Positions 18,336 through 27,873 of a DNA stretch of 41,941 bases are shown here, piece by piece. Both the position numbers and the translations under genes were made by a program. Positions within the stretch are counted from its first letter, which is position 1; each line of letters begins with the position of its first letter. A model generated the notes under the pieces. That model ran no database searches and had not been told where the DNA came from. It worked only from the letters and a program-made list of their open reading frames with translations. The DNA is from a virus (lineage: Duplodnaviria; Caudoviricetes), in the IMG/VR virus record IMGVR_UViG_3300037488_002777, positions 1-41,941 of that record. The stretch is one strand, 5' to 3'.

Positions 18336-19676
18336 ATGAATTTCTATGAATTCGATGCGTTCATTCGTAATGAGAATTTTTTTGGTGCTGCAAAACAAGG
18401 GTTTCAACAGAGTTACGGTGCAACAAAACCGCAACCACAACAATTACAACAACAATCACAAAACCCAACAGAACAATCACAAGACCCCACAGAACAACCT
18501 CCCAAAGATCAGGCTACATATCAAAAAATAGTGCAAGCAATGGCCAAGGCTAACACAAAAGTTAATGAATTTTCAAAAATGTTAGGCATACCACCACAGC
18601 ATCGTGGGTTGGTTATAACGCTTATTACTTCTGGCATTTTAGCTGCAAGTGGTGTGGGTGTTGCGGCTATTCCTTTTGGGGTTGTTAATTATGTGGTTAA
18701 GAAGCAGGCTAATAAAGTAGCCGGGGCAACATTTGATAAAGGGGTTCAATTTGCACAAAAAGGGGTTCAATTTGCACAAAAAGGTATGCAAAGAAATGTA
18801 CCACAAGCAATTCCGGCTACCGAATCTTATTATTATGAAGGGTTTGGAGATTGGGCGGGTCAAAAAATGGGACAAGCAGCGGGTTACACGGCAGGGAAAA
18901 CGAGTAATGTTGCTGCAACTGTGGCTAATGCGGTTAAATCTTCTATGGCTGCTGCTGGGCAATGGGTGTGGACCAATAAAATTGGTATTACCAAAGTTAT
19001 GTTTCTAATTGCGGTAGGGATTTTGATAACTCAGGGAACGGCCTTTGGTGCGGAACAGGTAACAAGTGGTTTAGAACAAGCTGGGGTTCCTGGTGTAAAA
19101 GAATTGCGAAAACATCTTGCGGGGGTGGTGGATAATCCTGGTCCTAAATCTGATGATGATTTTAGTCATCCTTATTCAATCAATAGCTTTGCATTCGATG
19201 ATGAAGAATATTATCAATTAGCAAAAATTCAAGATATGCAAGATATAGGGAATCCAGGTCCGCAAAGGGAAGCTCTTATGCAATGGTTTAAGGACCACCC
19301 AGTAACAAATTCTGCGAAAGACCGTGATATAAGACAATGGGTAAGCAGCTTTCCTGCAAGACTGGAACGGTATTCTGATGAAATAGCAAAAGTCGATCCA
19401 GTGGCTTCAGCACAAATTGCTAAAATAATGAAAACACAAGTTCAAGCAAACCTAGTGATGCAATTGTATGACCAAGGCATACCACCAAAGGAAATTGTTG
19501 CCACTTTAGCAAAGCAAAGCGGGATAGATTTAAACACTTTAAGTCAGCACGCACCAGTCGCACCTGGATCAGCAGCGGGTACAGTGGTTAAAACAGCAAC
19601 TAAAGCAGTTAAAGCCATTCCAAAGGCAGTTTCTGGTTCTGTTATGAGTAAAGGCAATGTGGATGATAATTTTTAA
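18336..19676 (+). CDS. Hypothetical membrane-associated protein (possible ejected/internal virion protein)
   Basis: Two hydrophobic segments (GLVITLITSGILAASGVGVAAIPFGVV; VMFLIAVGILIT); Q/A/G-rich; 21-bp duplications (KGVQFAQ x2, SQxPTEQ x2); SD AAGGTG. Confidence 0.7.
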   Translation: MNFYEFDAFIRNENFFGAAKQGFQQSYGATKPQPQQLQQQSQNPTEQSQDPTEQPPKDQATYQKIVQAMAKANTKVNEFSKMLGIPPQHRGLVITLITSGILAASGVGVAAIPFGVVNYVVKKQANKVAGATFDKGVQFAQKGVQFAQKGMQRNVPQAIPATESYYYEGFGDWAGQKMGQAAGYTAGKTSNVAATVANAVKSSMAAAGQWVWTNKIGITKVMFLIAVGILITQGTAFGAEQVTSGLEQAGVPGVKELRKHLAGVVDNPGPKSDDDFSHPYSINSFAFDDEEYYQLAKIQDMQDIGNPGPQREALMQWFKDHPVTNSAKDRDIRQWVSSFPARLERYSDEIAKVDPVASAQIAKIMKTQVQANLVMQLYDQGIPPKEIVATLAKQSGIDLNTLSQHAPVAPGSAAGTVVKTATKAVKAIPKAVSGSVMSKGNVDDNF

Positions 19677-19690
19677 AGAGGTGAATCTAC

Positions 19691-20392
19691 ATGCACTTTC
19701 GATACTGGTTAGAAAACAAAGATATTACCGAGACCGAAGAATTCAAAAAATGGTTTGCAGGTAGCATCCTCAAGGATGAAAACGGTGATCCAATTCCGGT
19801 CTATCATGGTACCCAAGCTAGACCATTTGATAAGTTTGACTCATCTCGCACGACGACGGGGAGAATTGATAAACAGGCAGCTAGAGGTGTATTTTCTTTC
19901 ACATTCTCGTTTGATTATGCTGCCATGAAGTATGCCGGTTTGCGTAAGGATAATCCAGAGAAGACTAAAGAGAAGTTGCAATATTTTCCGCATGGTCGAA
20001 CAATAGAAGCATATTTACGAGTTACGAATCCTTTTGATTTTCGTAAGCGGGAGCATCTCCAACCGTTAATTGACTATCGCAGGAAGGAAACCGATGAGTG
20101 GGCAAGGACGAAGGCTCGGTTTCTGCGACCTGGAGAGGAAAGTGCAAATCAAAGGGGCATAACTGAAGAAAATCGTGAGCAGAAGATCAAAGAGTACGTG
20201 GATAAACAAGTTGCTGATTTTGCGAAGTGGGCATCTGAGGGGCAGTATGCTCAACTTGAGGCACCAACTTATTTGAAGCGGAATGGGTTTGATGCTGTGT
20301 ACACGATGGAGTTTGATCAACTTCATATCCATGTTCTGGACTCAGATCAAATCTGGATTGTTAAACAACAGTACAATCGGGATATGGTTTAG
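19691..20392 (+). CDS. ADP-ribosyltransferase-like protein (ART-PolyVal-like)
   Basis: 'FKKWF.GS...DENG.P..VYHGT...F..F', 'F.F....A..YA', 'YLR..NPFD', 'L...GFDAV', 'V.D..QI'. Confidence 0.75.
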   Translation: MHFRYWLENKDITETEEFKKWFAGSILKDENGDPIPVYHGTQARPFDKFDSSRTTTGRIDKQAARGVFSFTFSFDYAAMKYAGLRKDNPEKTKEKLQYFPHGRTIEAYLRVTNPFDFRKREHLQPLIDYRRKETDEWARTKARFLRPGEESANQRGITEENREQKIKEYVDKQVADFAKWASEGQYAQLEAPTYLKRNGFDAVYTMEFDQLHIHVLDSDQIWIVKQQYNRDMV

Positions 20393-20901
20393 ATGATGCC
20401 GTAGATCATTGCCCAGCGGAGGTCATCTATGTGTTTGCCATCTTCAACTTCTTGAAGATATCTATAGAGATCGGGAAATCCATCAAACATATATTTGTGG
20501 TCGATGAATCCGTAATACCATAATGGTATATCTTCTTTATGGTCAGATACCAAAAGTGTGGGATTTTTGTACCCCCATGAATTTAAGATTTCATGATGTG
20601 TCCCAGTAGTTGGTATGCCATAGGGTAGGTAAGCTACCACGATATCTGTTCGTTGTACTACTTGTAAATCTTTACGAACAAATCTTCGGGCAATGCGTGC
20701 CATTTCATCAAAATCACGATTAGATTTTGCAGATACAAGATCCGGTACCCACTGTTGCTTGGGATCAGAAAATGGATCAAAAACATCAAGTCCAAATAAT
20801 TCAGTAAAGACCTTAGTGGGTTCTATACGCCAATTAAATGAATTGTTGTCATGCTCTATCGGACCACTAATATAGAGTCGCTTGTTTCTCAGTATATTAA
20901 T
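20389..20901 (-). CDS. Nucleoside 2-deoxyribosyltransferase-fold protein (probable ATT start)
   Basis: The frame is open upstream of the track start 20703 and encodes 'LYISGPIE...WR...FDP'. Downstream it reads 'DL..V...D.VVAY.....T.GT..EI'. AAGGA lies 7 nt before ATT 20901; in-frame TGA at 20914-20916. Confidence 0.75.
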   Translation of the reverse strand: MNILRNKRLYISGPIEHDNNSFNWRIEPTKVFTELFGLDVFDPFSDPKQQWVPDLVSAKSNRDFDEMARIARRFVRKDLQVVQRTDIVVAYLPYGIPTTGTHHEILNSWGYKNPTLLVSDHKEDIPLWYYGFIDHKYMFDGFPDLYRYLQEVEDGKHIDDLRWAMIYGII

Positions 20902-20981
20902 AGCGAATTCCTTTCAAAATGCCCATATTACCTACATTGTTCACTCTTTTAATGTAAGTATTTTAGAAAGGATCAATAGGT

Positions 20982-21665
20982 ATGTCAAGCGAATTTTATG
21001 CTCAGATGGATGAGGTTTTGGCGAATGATGTGGTGAATCGGCATAGTTTGTTTCAGTTGAAGTATTTTGTGGTGGGGAAGGAGCCGACTCATCAGAGTAA
21101 GTTGTGGCGGTGTATTCGTGAGTTGCAGGCTCGTCGGGAGTCGATTCAGGCGGTTTCTGTGGAGTTGGAGAATGTGCAGGATGAGTTGGATTTATGTGAT
21201 ATTCAGTTATTAAGGTTGAGGGGTAAGCAGGCTGTGATAGAGGATGATTTGGATGCGAGGGAGTTGGTGGTGTTGTTGCGGCGTGAGGAGCGGCGGAGGG
21301 AATCGGTGGTGCGGAGTATAGATACACTTAGGAAGAAGCTCAAGGACGCGGAGGAAGAGGCGGTCTTCTTTTTGAAATCCTTTCAGTCTCTGGAGCAATT
21401 AGAACCGCTCCAGCCTTTCGATGATGTAGAGTCTCAGCAGTCGTATTGGAATGCGAAGTTTGCTGAGGAGTTGAATCTGCGGTCTCTTATGGGGCAGCCG
21501 ATTTCTTATGAGTTGATTAAATCTATTTTGTCTTTAAATAATGATGCACCAATTAAGATGCAGATCGTAAATACTTTGGAAAACAAGCAGAAGCAAATGT
21601 TAAAAATTTTAAAGGAAGAGAAAAATGACCGACATCCTGACATTGAAAGCCGCTCTGCGGAGTAG
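20982..21665 (+). CDS. Hypothetical coiled-coil protein
   Basis: 227 aa ORF with E/L/R heptads and codon bias matching neighbours. Confidence 0.75.
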   Translation: MSSEFYAQMDEVLANDVVNRHSLFQLKYFVVGKEPTHQSKLWRCIRELQARRESIQAVSVELENVQDELDLCDIQLLRLRGKQAVIEDDLDARELVVLLRREERRRESVVRSIDTLRKKLKDAEEEAVFFLKSFQSLEQLEPLQPFDDVESQQSYWNAKFAEELNLRSLMGQPISYELIKSILSLNNDAPIKMQIVNTLENKQKQMLKILKEEKNDRHPDIESRSAE

Positions 21666-22644
21666 CCTGGATGATGATTATGGCATGGGACATATTTCGA
21701 TATTCCCGAGTAATACAGATACGGAAAAGAGCATTGATAATAAGTTCACGCTTTATCAAGCTACGAATAATGCTCAAACGGTTGCAACTCAAGCCCTCCC
21801 CTACAACGGTAAGTATATTGTGGTGGAGGATGCTTCGTTGTTTCCGCCTAATGGTTTATTGAGGATTGGTCCTCGTCCTGGTGAGCATAAGCCAGGAGAG
21901 ATTATTCATTATTCTTCTCGTACGAATACGGTTTTTTCGGATTTGGTGCGGGGGTATGTTCAAACTCGTCAGAATCAGTGGGAGAAGGGGTCTTCGGTTT
22001 GTGGTTCTGTTATGGCTGAGCATCATAATGCTTTGAAGGATGCGGTTTGGAATATCGAACATTATTTAGGGTTGAAGAATCTTCCAACCTCGAATTCTAT
22101 CAATGGAATTGTAAAGGCTTATGAGACGAAGTATTTGTCTCCTAAGCCTATGTTTCGGGCTTTCCCACTTTATGGGGTGCCGCCTTTGAATGTGCGGTTT
22201 CAGAATTTTTCGAATACGGATGCGATTCGGTTTTTGTGGGATTTTGGGGATGGGACTCAATCGATTGAGCGGAATCCGAATCACATTTATTATGATCAGA
22301 AGACGTATACGGTGAAATTACATATTATTACGAGTTCTGGGGCTCAGGGGATTTCTAAAAAGAATAGTTATATTAACGTCAATAAGCAGGAGGCTTCTCC
22401 GTTTTTTTATACCGTTCCGCAAGGTGATCGTACTTTTCTTTTTGTGGATCAAACTGAGGGTGATATTGCTCAACGGTACTGGGTGTTTGATGATGATACT
22501 CAGGCTATTTTAGTGGCGGACCCGAACGAGCATACGATTACTCATCAATACCAATCAGCGGGTACTTATGGTCCTTCTATTCTGATTGTTTATGGGGATC
22601 AGCGAATTAAGCGTTATTACTCGAATATATTAATGGTGGAATAA
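21625..22644 (+). CDS. PKD-domain virion structural protein (paralogue 1)
   Basis: 'G..PL.V.F.N.S......WDFGDG.QS.E.NP.H.Y.....YTV.L' PKD domain followed by a second degenerate PKD. Confidence 0.85.
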   Translation: MTDILTLKAALRSSLDDDYGMGHISIFPSNTDTEKSIDNKFTLYQATNNAQTVATQALPYNGKYIVVEDASLFPPNGLLRIGPRPGEHKPGEIIHYSSRTNTVFSDLVRGYVQTRQNQWEKGSSVCGSVMAEHHNALKDAVWNIEHYLGLKNLPTSNSINGIVKAYETKYLSPKPMFRAFPLYGVPPLNVRFQNFSNTDAIRFLWDFGDGTQSIERNPNHIYYDQKTYTVKLHIITSSGAQGISKKNSYINVNKQEASPFFYTVPQGDRTFLFVDQTEGDIAQRYWVFDDDTQAILVADPNEHTITHQYQSAGTYGPSILIVYGDQRIKRYYSNILMVE

Positions 22645-22646
22645 GA

Positions 22647-24998
22647 ATGATACCAACTGCGAGCAATTATCCGAATGCATTTGATACGAATACGAATCTT
22701 TACGAGGTTCATGATGAGTTGCGAGTGATCTTGGCTGAAGATTATCAGCCAGGGGCTACGAGGATTGTTATTTATGATGAGAATAACAAGATGAGGTTGT
22801 TCCCATTGAGTGGTATTATAACGCTTACTGAGCAGACTAGTGATATTGATCAGCGGGCGATTTCTTTTCATTATGATAATACGGCTGATTCAGCTTTGTC
22901 GACTTGGCTGAATTCTAGTTTTGAGAAACTGGAGATATTACCGGGTTTTGTTGATTGTGTTAAGCCTAAGGATATTACGAATGTCACGATTAATGTTGTG
23001 GCTGATCATCATAATAATATTAAGGAATCTTTGATTGCTGTTGAGAGATTTATTGGTATCAAGGGGACTGTGGATACGAAGCCTTTTGGGACGACTTTAG
23101 AGGGTCGTGTCGCGTTTCTGACGAAGATGGTTTTGACGCCTCGGGCTTGGTTTACGGCGGATAAACGTTTGGGGTTGGTTCCTTTTACGGTTACGTTTAC
23201 GGATCAGTGTTTTCGGTTGGGGACTGGGGAGATCACTAGGACGTGGAGCTTTACGGATGGGATTTCTTCGGATACTTCTGTGATGATTAGTTCGTCTACT
23301 ACTGCCCCGATTACTTTAACGAAGACTTTTGCTGAACCGGGTAAGTATGATGTAAAGTTGACTGTGGAGAATGAGCATGGATCGGATGTGTTATTATTTG
23401 AGGATTTTATCAATGCTCGTATTACGTCCCCGGAGGAGGCATTGCTAGAGGTAGTGATTCGTTCGACGCAGATTGGGCCGGATACTAGTCATGATTATTG
23501 GGTTCGGTCTCCGTTAGGGACACCTATTGAAGTTAAGGTGAAGGACGGAGGGGCACCAAATTATAGTATCATTCGTCCCCGGTCAAGCGATACGGCTCCG
23601 TATTATTCTTATTCGGGGGAGTTGCTTACATCGATTGATACTTCTGGTACTATAGTTACTGGTGTGCCGATTGATCCGATTGAGATGTATACTTGGGCAT
23701 TAGGTGATGATTTGAGTCATCCGAGTTCCCCGGCTACGAAGGCTCTCTACAGTATCGGTGGATTATATGACATTGTTCTTCGGTGTGATACTTATTTGGG
23801 TGCTTATCGGATTACGTCTCATCAGGATAAGATTGATATTATTGAGGATAAGAATTTGTGGTTGTGGAGTTTTCCGCCCACTACGAGTTGGCCCAGTAAG
23901 TCTTCGGATGCGTGGGATTTGGCTTTGTTGGGGCCAGGGACGACTGCGATAGTGAAGTCTTATGAGTTTGGGTTGTTGAGTGAGACTTTTAAGATAGCGG
24001 GTGTTCCTCAGACTATTGATCGGGATGATTCGTTTTTGACTTATAGTAATGTGGATGCAAATAAGCGGGCAAAGAAGGAGTTTCGTCGTAATATTGGGTT
24101 TACGGTTCGCGGGACGACTTATTCAGGGAATAATGGGGATGCGATGTTGTATTGGGCTAGTGGTGGAATGCCTTATTCTTCGCAGACGGTGCAGATGACG
24201 AAATATAATGGGTTTCATGATACTTATGCAGTGCCGGATAATGCTCCAGTGGCTCCAGAGCATCCTTGGAATTGGATTTGTTTGAGTGATCCGTCGAAGA
24301 GTTATTTTGTTTTTGGTAGTCCGAATAATACGGCTCCACCTGATACGAATCCGAGTTATAGGATTAAGCATTGTTATGATTTGTATGCGTATTCGCCTGC
24401 GAATTGGACGTCTACGACTTTGACTCAGGCGAATTTTTTGAATGGAGCAGATGAGTTGATGCAGCACCCATCTACGTATTCGGCTGGCGTGCCTGTGGAT
24501 GGGTATTTTGCTACGTATCGTGCGGCGTGGAAGAGTGAGCGGGGTTATTTTTTAAGGAATAGTGGGACTGGGTGGGCTTTTCGTATTTCTAGTTTTTATC
24601 GTACGGATGGGATTTTTTCGGACCCGGTATTGAATTTTGTGAAGCTGAGCGATATGCCAGTGGTGAGGACGGAGGGGCAGTTGGTCCCGTTGGCTCAGGG
24701 CTTGTTCTTTTTCAATAATTCGGGGAATATTGCGGCTTATAATGATACGACGTCGGTTTGGGAAATTGGTGGTCCGAGTCAATCTTCTATTTCGTTTAGT
24801 TCCTTGCAAGATACAAATGCGACCAATTTCAGTCTACAGGAAAATACTCTCATGGCGGCGTCGGATTCGCTTTATACTGCTTATTTGAGTTATGATTATA
24901 GCCCTAATGCTTTTATCAAGTTTAACTCGCAGGATGCTACGTTTACAAGCACTGGGGCAAGACCGAGCGGTTATCAGTTTGCGATGGGAGTCTATTGA
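22647..24998 (+). CDS. PKD-domain virion structural protein (paralogue 2)
   Basis: 'G.VPFTVTFTD......WSF.DG...F..PGKYDV.LTV.NE.G' PKD domain; shares its N-terminal module with both neighbours. Confidence 0.8.
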   Translation: MIPTASNYPNAFDTNTNLYEVHDELRVILAEDYQPGATRIVIYDENNKMRLFPLSGIITLTEQTSDIDQRAISFHYDNTADSALSTWLNSSFEKLEILPGFVDCVKPKDITNVTINVVADHHNNIKESLIAVERFIGIKGTVDTKPFGTTLEGRVAFLTKMVLTPRAWFTADKRLGLVPFTVTFTDQCFRLGTGEITRTWSFTDGISSDTSVMISSSTTAPITLTKTFAEPGKYDVKLTVENEHGSDVLLFEDFINARITSPEEALLEVVIRSTQIGPDTSHDYWVRSPLGTPIEVKVKDGGAPNYSIIRPRSSDTAPYYSYSGELLTSIDTSGTIVTGVPIDPIEMYTWALGDDLSHPSSPATKALYSIGGLYDIVLRCDTYLGAYRITSHQDKIDIIEDKNLWLWSFPPTTSWPSKSSDAWDLALLGPGTTAIVKSYEFGLLSETFKIAGVPQTIDRDDSFLTYSNVDANKRAKKEFRRNIGFTVRGTTYSGNNGDAMLYWASGGMPYSSQTVQMTKYNGFHDTYAVPDNAPVAPEHPWNWICLSDPSKSYFVFGSPNNTAPPDTNPSYRIKHCYDLYAYSPANWTSTTLTQANFLNGADELMQHPSTYSAGVPVDGYFATYRAAWKSERGYFLRNSGTGWAFRISSFYRTDGIFSDPVLNFVKLSDMPVVRTEGQLVPLAQGLFFFNNSGNIAAYNDTTSVWEIGGPSQSSISFSSLQDTNATNFSLQENTLMAASDSLYTAYLSYDYSPNAFIKFNSQDATFTSTGARPSGYQFAMGVY

Positions 24999-25054
24999 AA
25001 TAAACGTGACTTTCCCACCAATGCGGTGTAAATAAGTACAGAAGAGGATATTAG

Positions 25055-27004
25055 ATGTCATTACCACCGAAATCAGTTTACCCTTTAGCTATTGATTCTG
25101 ATTATACGCTATTCCAAGTGTATAACACGTCGGAGGCTTTGTTAACGTCTGATAATGCGGCTTGGGCTGAGGAAGTCGATTTGGTTCCTGTTGGGGCTAC
25201 TGAGTTGGAGGTTTGGGCGGATAATGGGTTTGCGAATTTGGATGGGGAACTTTTCTATTATGATTCGGTAGATAAGGATGCGAATGGTAAAGTTTTCAGG
25301 TTGAAACGGTGTGCTAGAAACCTGGGTGGAACCGCAACTCATTTCAATCCTGTAGGTGAATGGGTACGGGGGTATGTGATCGCAGAGCATCATAATGTCC
25401 TCGTGGATGCGATTATTGAGATCGAGAAACGGGAGTTTGTTTTAAAAGATGGTCTGGATATGTTGGATCTTCCGATTTGCACGGATGATTTCAACTGTGT
25501 CGATGTTACGTTCACTTTAGATGTGCCAACAGAATCGACTGATCCATGTGTTGGGACTACGGTAACTTATAGTGTGGATTTGAATGGCACGGTTCAAGGA
25601 GTACAGATTGATTTCGGGGACGGGCAGAGTACTACAGAACTCCAAGGGACGCATGTTTATGCCCCAAATACGATCATCGACCCAATTGTTACAGTCCAAA
25701 ACAACAATTGTGTCGTGGTCCAAACTCCGACCACAAAAACGACGGAGAAGATTACTGAACCGACGATCAATGAACCGCCTATGATTCCGATTCCTGAGAT
25801 TCCAGCGTTTCCACCCATGACTTTTGGTCCGATTAATCCACCAAGTACGACGTTGACATTACCGCCGATTATTTTTCCATGTTTAGAGGGGATTGGTTTT
25901 TCAGGAAGCTTCCCGTCAATTTATATCAATATTGGTGATATCAATATCAATGTTCCGAGTATCATTGCGATTGTTCCGGGTATCCCGAGTATTATCAGTA
26001 TTATCGGACCTAATATTCCGAGTATTATCAGTATTACTCCGCCAGTAATTTCATTCACTCCAATAAATATTCCTTCAATCATTAGTTTTGGTCCAATTGA
26101 TATTCCTTCTATGATCGGTATCAGTATTACTCCCATTGATGTAAATGTGAATACGAATATCAATGTTGTGACAACGATCATTGAGAATTTGCCACGAGTG
26201 ATTTATATTTCTCCAGCTACGATTACGGTAGTTGGTATGAATAGGTTGCCTAAGACGATTAATATTAGGGGGCCTTCGCCTGCTATACCGAGTGTTATCA
26301 GTTTTGGTGAGGCTCCTCAGTTAACCGTGAGTTGGGATGATCCCCCGCCGCTTAGTTGTAATTGTGTTTTGAGGGTGGAATGCCCGAGTCATACTCCTAC
26401 CACTCCTTTAATGGCTCAGAATTTTGACGATTACTTTGAAGACTCGTTCTTTAAACAATCAGCATCAGTGGAACCGCAGGTATCGGATTTAGGAATTCCT
26501 TCGGAAATTAGAATTATCCCGCCGACGATACCGAATTTAGAACTTACGCATAATTTGCCGACTTCTATTGAGTTAAAAGTTCCAGTGATTCCAGATATTC
26601 GCATTATTGGTCCTGAGCATGAATTACCTAAGGAGATTCGGATTGTATCGGATGACATTCCAAGGTCTATCTCAGTTGAATCGAGTATTCCTGAGAAAAT
26701 TATGGTGGATGCATCGTCTGTACCAAATGTTATCTATTTACAGCAAGTAAAACCGCTCCCAGAAACTATCTTTATTGATGGGTCTTCTATTCCTCATGAG
26801 ATTCGTGTAGTAGGGATGCCTGACTCGATTGAATTGAAGCATAACCTACCCGAGTATCTTGAATTGCGGATTCCAGAGAATTTGGAAGTGCCTCTTGTGT
26901 ATAAGGGTGGTCCGATTCCCATTGAGTTTACTTCGGCTAGTTTGTCGGGTGGAGAGGATGCGGATCAGCCTTGTTTTATGATTACTCCCTGTCCGAGAAG
27001 ATAA
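25055..27004 (+). CDS. Structural protein (paralogue 3) with PKD-like domain and Ile/Pro-rich repeats
   Basis: Shared N-terminal module; 'DFGDGQS....H.Y'; IPSIIS repeats and (I/L)PxxIxI repeats; SD GAGGA. Confidence 0.75.
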   Translation: MSLPPKSVYPLAIDSDYTLFQVYNTSEALLTSDNAAWAEEVDLVPVGATELEVWADNGFANLDGELFYYDSVDKDANGKVFRLKRCARNLGGTATHFNPVGEWVRGYVIAEHHNVLVDAIIEIEKREFVLKDGLDMLDLPICTDDFNCVDVTFTLDVPTESTDPCVGTTVTYSVDLNGTVQGVQIDFGDGQSTTELQGTHVYAPNTIIDPIVTVQNNNCVVVQTPTTKTTEKITEPTINEPPMIPIPEIPAFPPMTFGPINPPSTTLTLPPIIFPCLEGIGFSGSFPSIYINIGDININVPSIIAIVPGIPSIISIIGPNIPSIISITPPVISFTPINIPSIISFGPIDIPSMIGISITPIDVNVNTNINVVTTIIENLPRVIYISPATITVVGMNRLPKTINIRGPSPAIPSVISFGEAPQLTVSWDDPPPLSCNCVLRVECPSHTPTTPLMAQNFDDYFEDSFFKQSASVEPQVSDLGIPSEIRIIPPTIPNLELTHNLPTSIELKVPVIPDIRIIGPEHELPKEIRIVSDDIPRSISVESSIPEKIMVDASSVPNVIYLQQVKPLPETIFIDGSSIPHEIRVVGMPDSIELKHNLPEYLELRIPENLEVPLVYKGGPIPIEFTSASLSGGEDADQPCFMITPCPRR

Positions 27005-27873
27005 TGCAAATTAAAAAGATCAAAACTAACGAGTACTTGACGACCAGCGATGGTATTTGGGTCAGGGATTTTACTCGTTCTAACTCATCCTACCTAGATA
27101 TCAATAATCTAGCATCTGAAAAAGATTACAGTGTTTTTCTTAAAAATGAGATTGCTAATGAATCGAGTCGTTGTCCGTTAATTGATGAGGATCAGTTTAC
27201 TTATTCGAATATTGTGATTGTTTCAGATGGTTATAATTTTGAGGAACGGCATAAGATTCTAGCTAGTTTGCCTAAGAATGAGGTGTTAATTATTGGGGTG
27301 AATCGTTCTTTGGCTAAGTGGAAGTTAGTAGGAGCAAATTGCCCAACTGATATGAAACGCAGTATGGGCTGGTATATTATTAACAATCCTTATGCGGAGG
27401 CTGTTAGGTTTGTGCCTACGTCTCATCGTTATTTTCCTAGGTGTATTGCTTCAGTTCGGACGAATCCAGAATTCATACGTCGTTATGAAGGGAATGTTTC
27501 ATTTTACATCCCTACATCAGAACGGAATTATTCTGGACCTGTGCGATATGCTAAATATTGCGTAGATGATTATCGCAATCCTATTTGTGCTGCAATTAAC
27601 TTAGCCTTTCAATTTAAAGTTAGAAAGCTATTGTTGTTTTGTTGTGATGATTCTTTTGCAGATGAGAGACCAAATGCAGAGCGTTTAGAGAACGGTTTAT
27701 ACTCGTATCGTCCGCAACAAGTTTCTCGTCGGGTGATTGATGCGAACTTATTTTGGCTTGCTAAGGAAAAAGTTAAAATTGGTGATTATTCTAGTGGAAT
27801 AATACTTGAACATGGGCAATATATATCAGATGAAAAGGATATTTTGACCTTTTTTCAAGAGGAAGTAAAATGA
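27004..27873 (+). CDS. Maf/MptE-like (glycosyltransferase-related) protein
   Basis: 'IVIVSDG', 'IIGVNR.L', 'AAINLA.......LLL...D.SF' resemble the Rossmann-like Maf/MptE pattern; TAATG coupling. Confidence 0.5.
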   Translation: MQIKKIKTNEYLTTSDGIWVRDFTRSNSSYLDINNLASEKDYSVFLKNEIANESSRCPLIDEDQFTYSNIVIVSDGYNFEERHKILASLPKNEVLIIGVNRSLAKWKLVGANCPTDMKRSMGWYIINNPYAEAVRFVPTSHRYFPRCIASVRTNPEFIRRYEGNVSFYIPTSERNYSGPVRYAKYCVDDYRNPICAAINLAFQFKVRKLLLFCCDDSFADERPNAERLENGLYSYRPQQVSRRVIDANLFWLAKEKVKIGDYSSGIILEHGQYISDEKDILTFFQEEVK

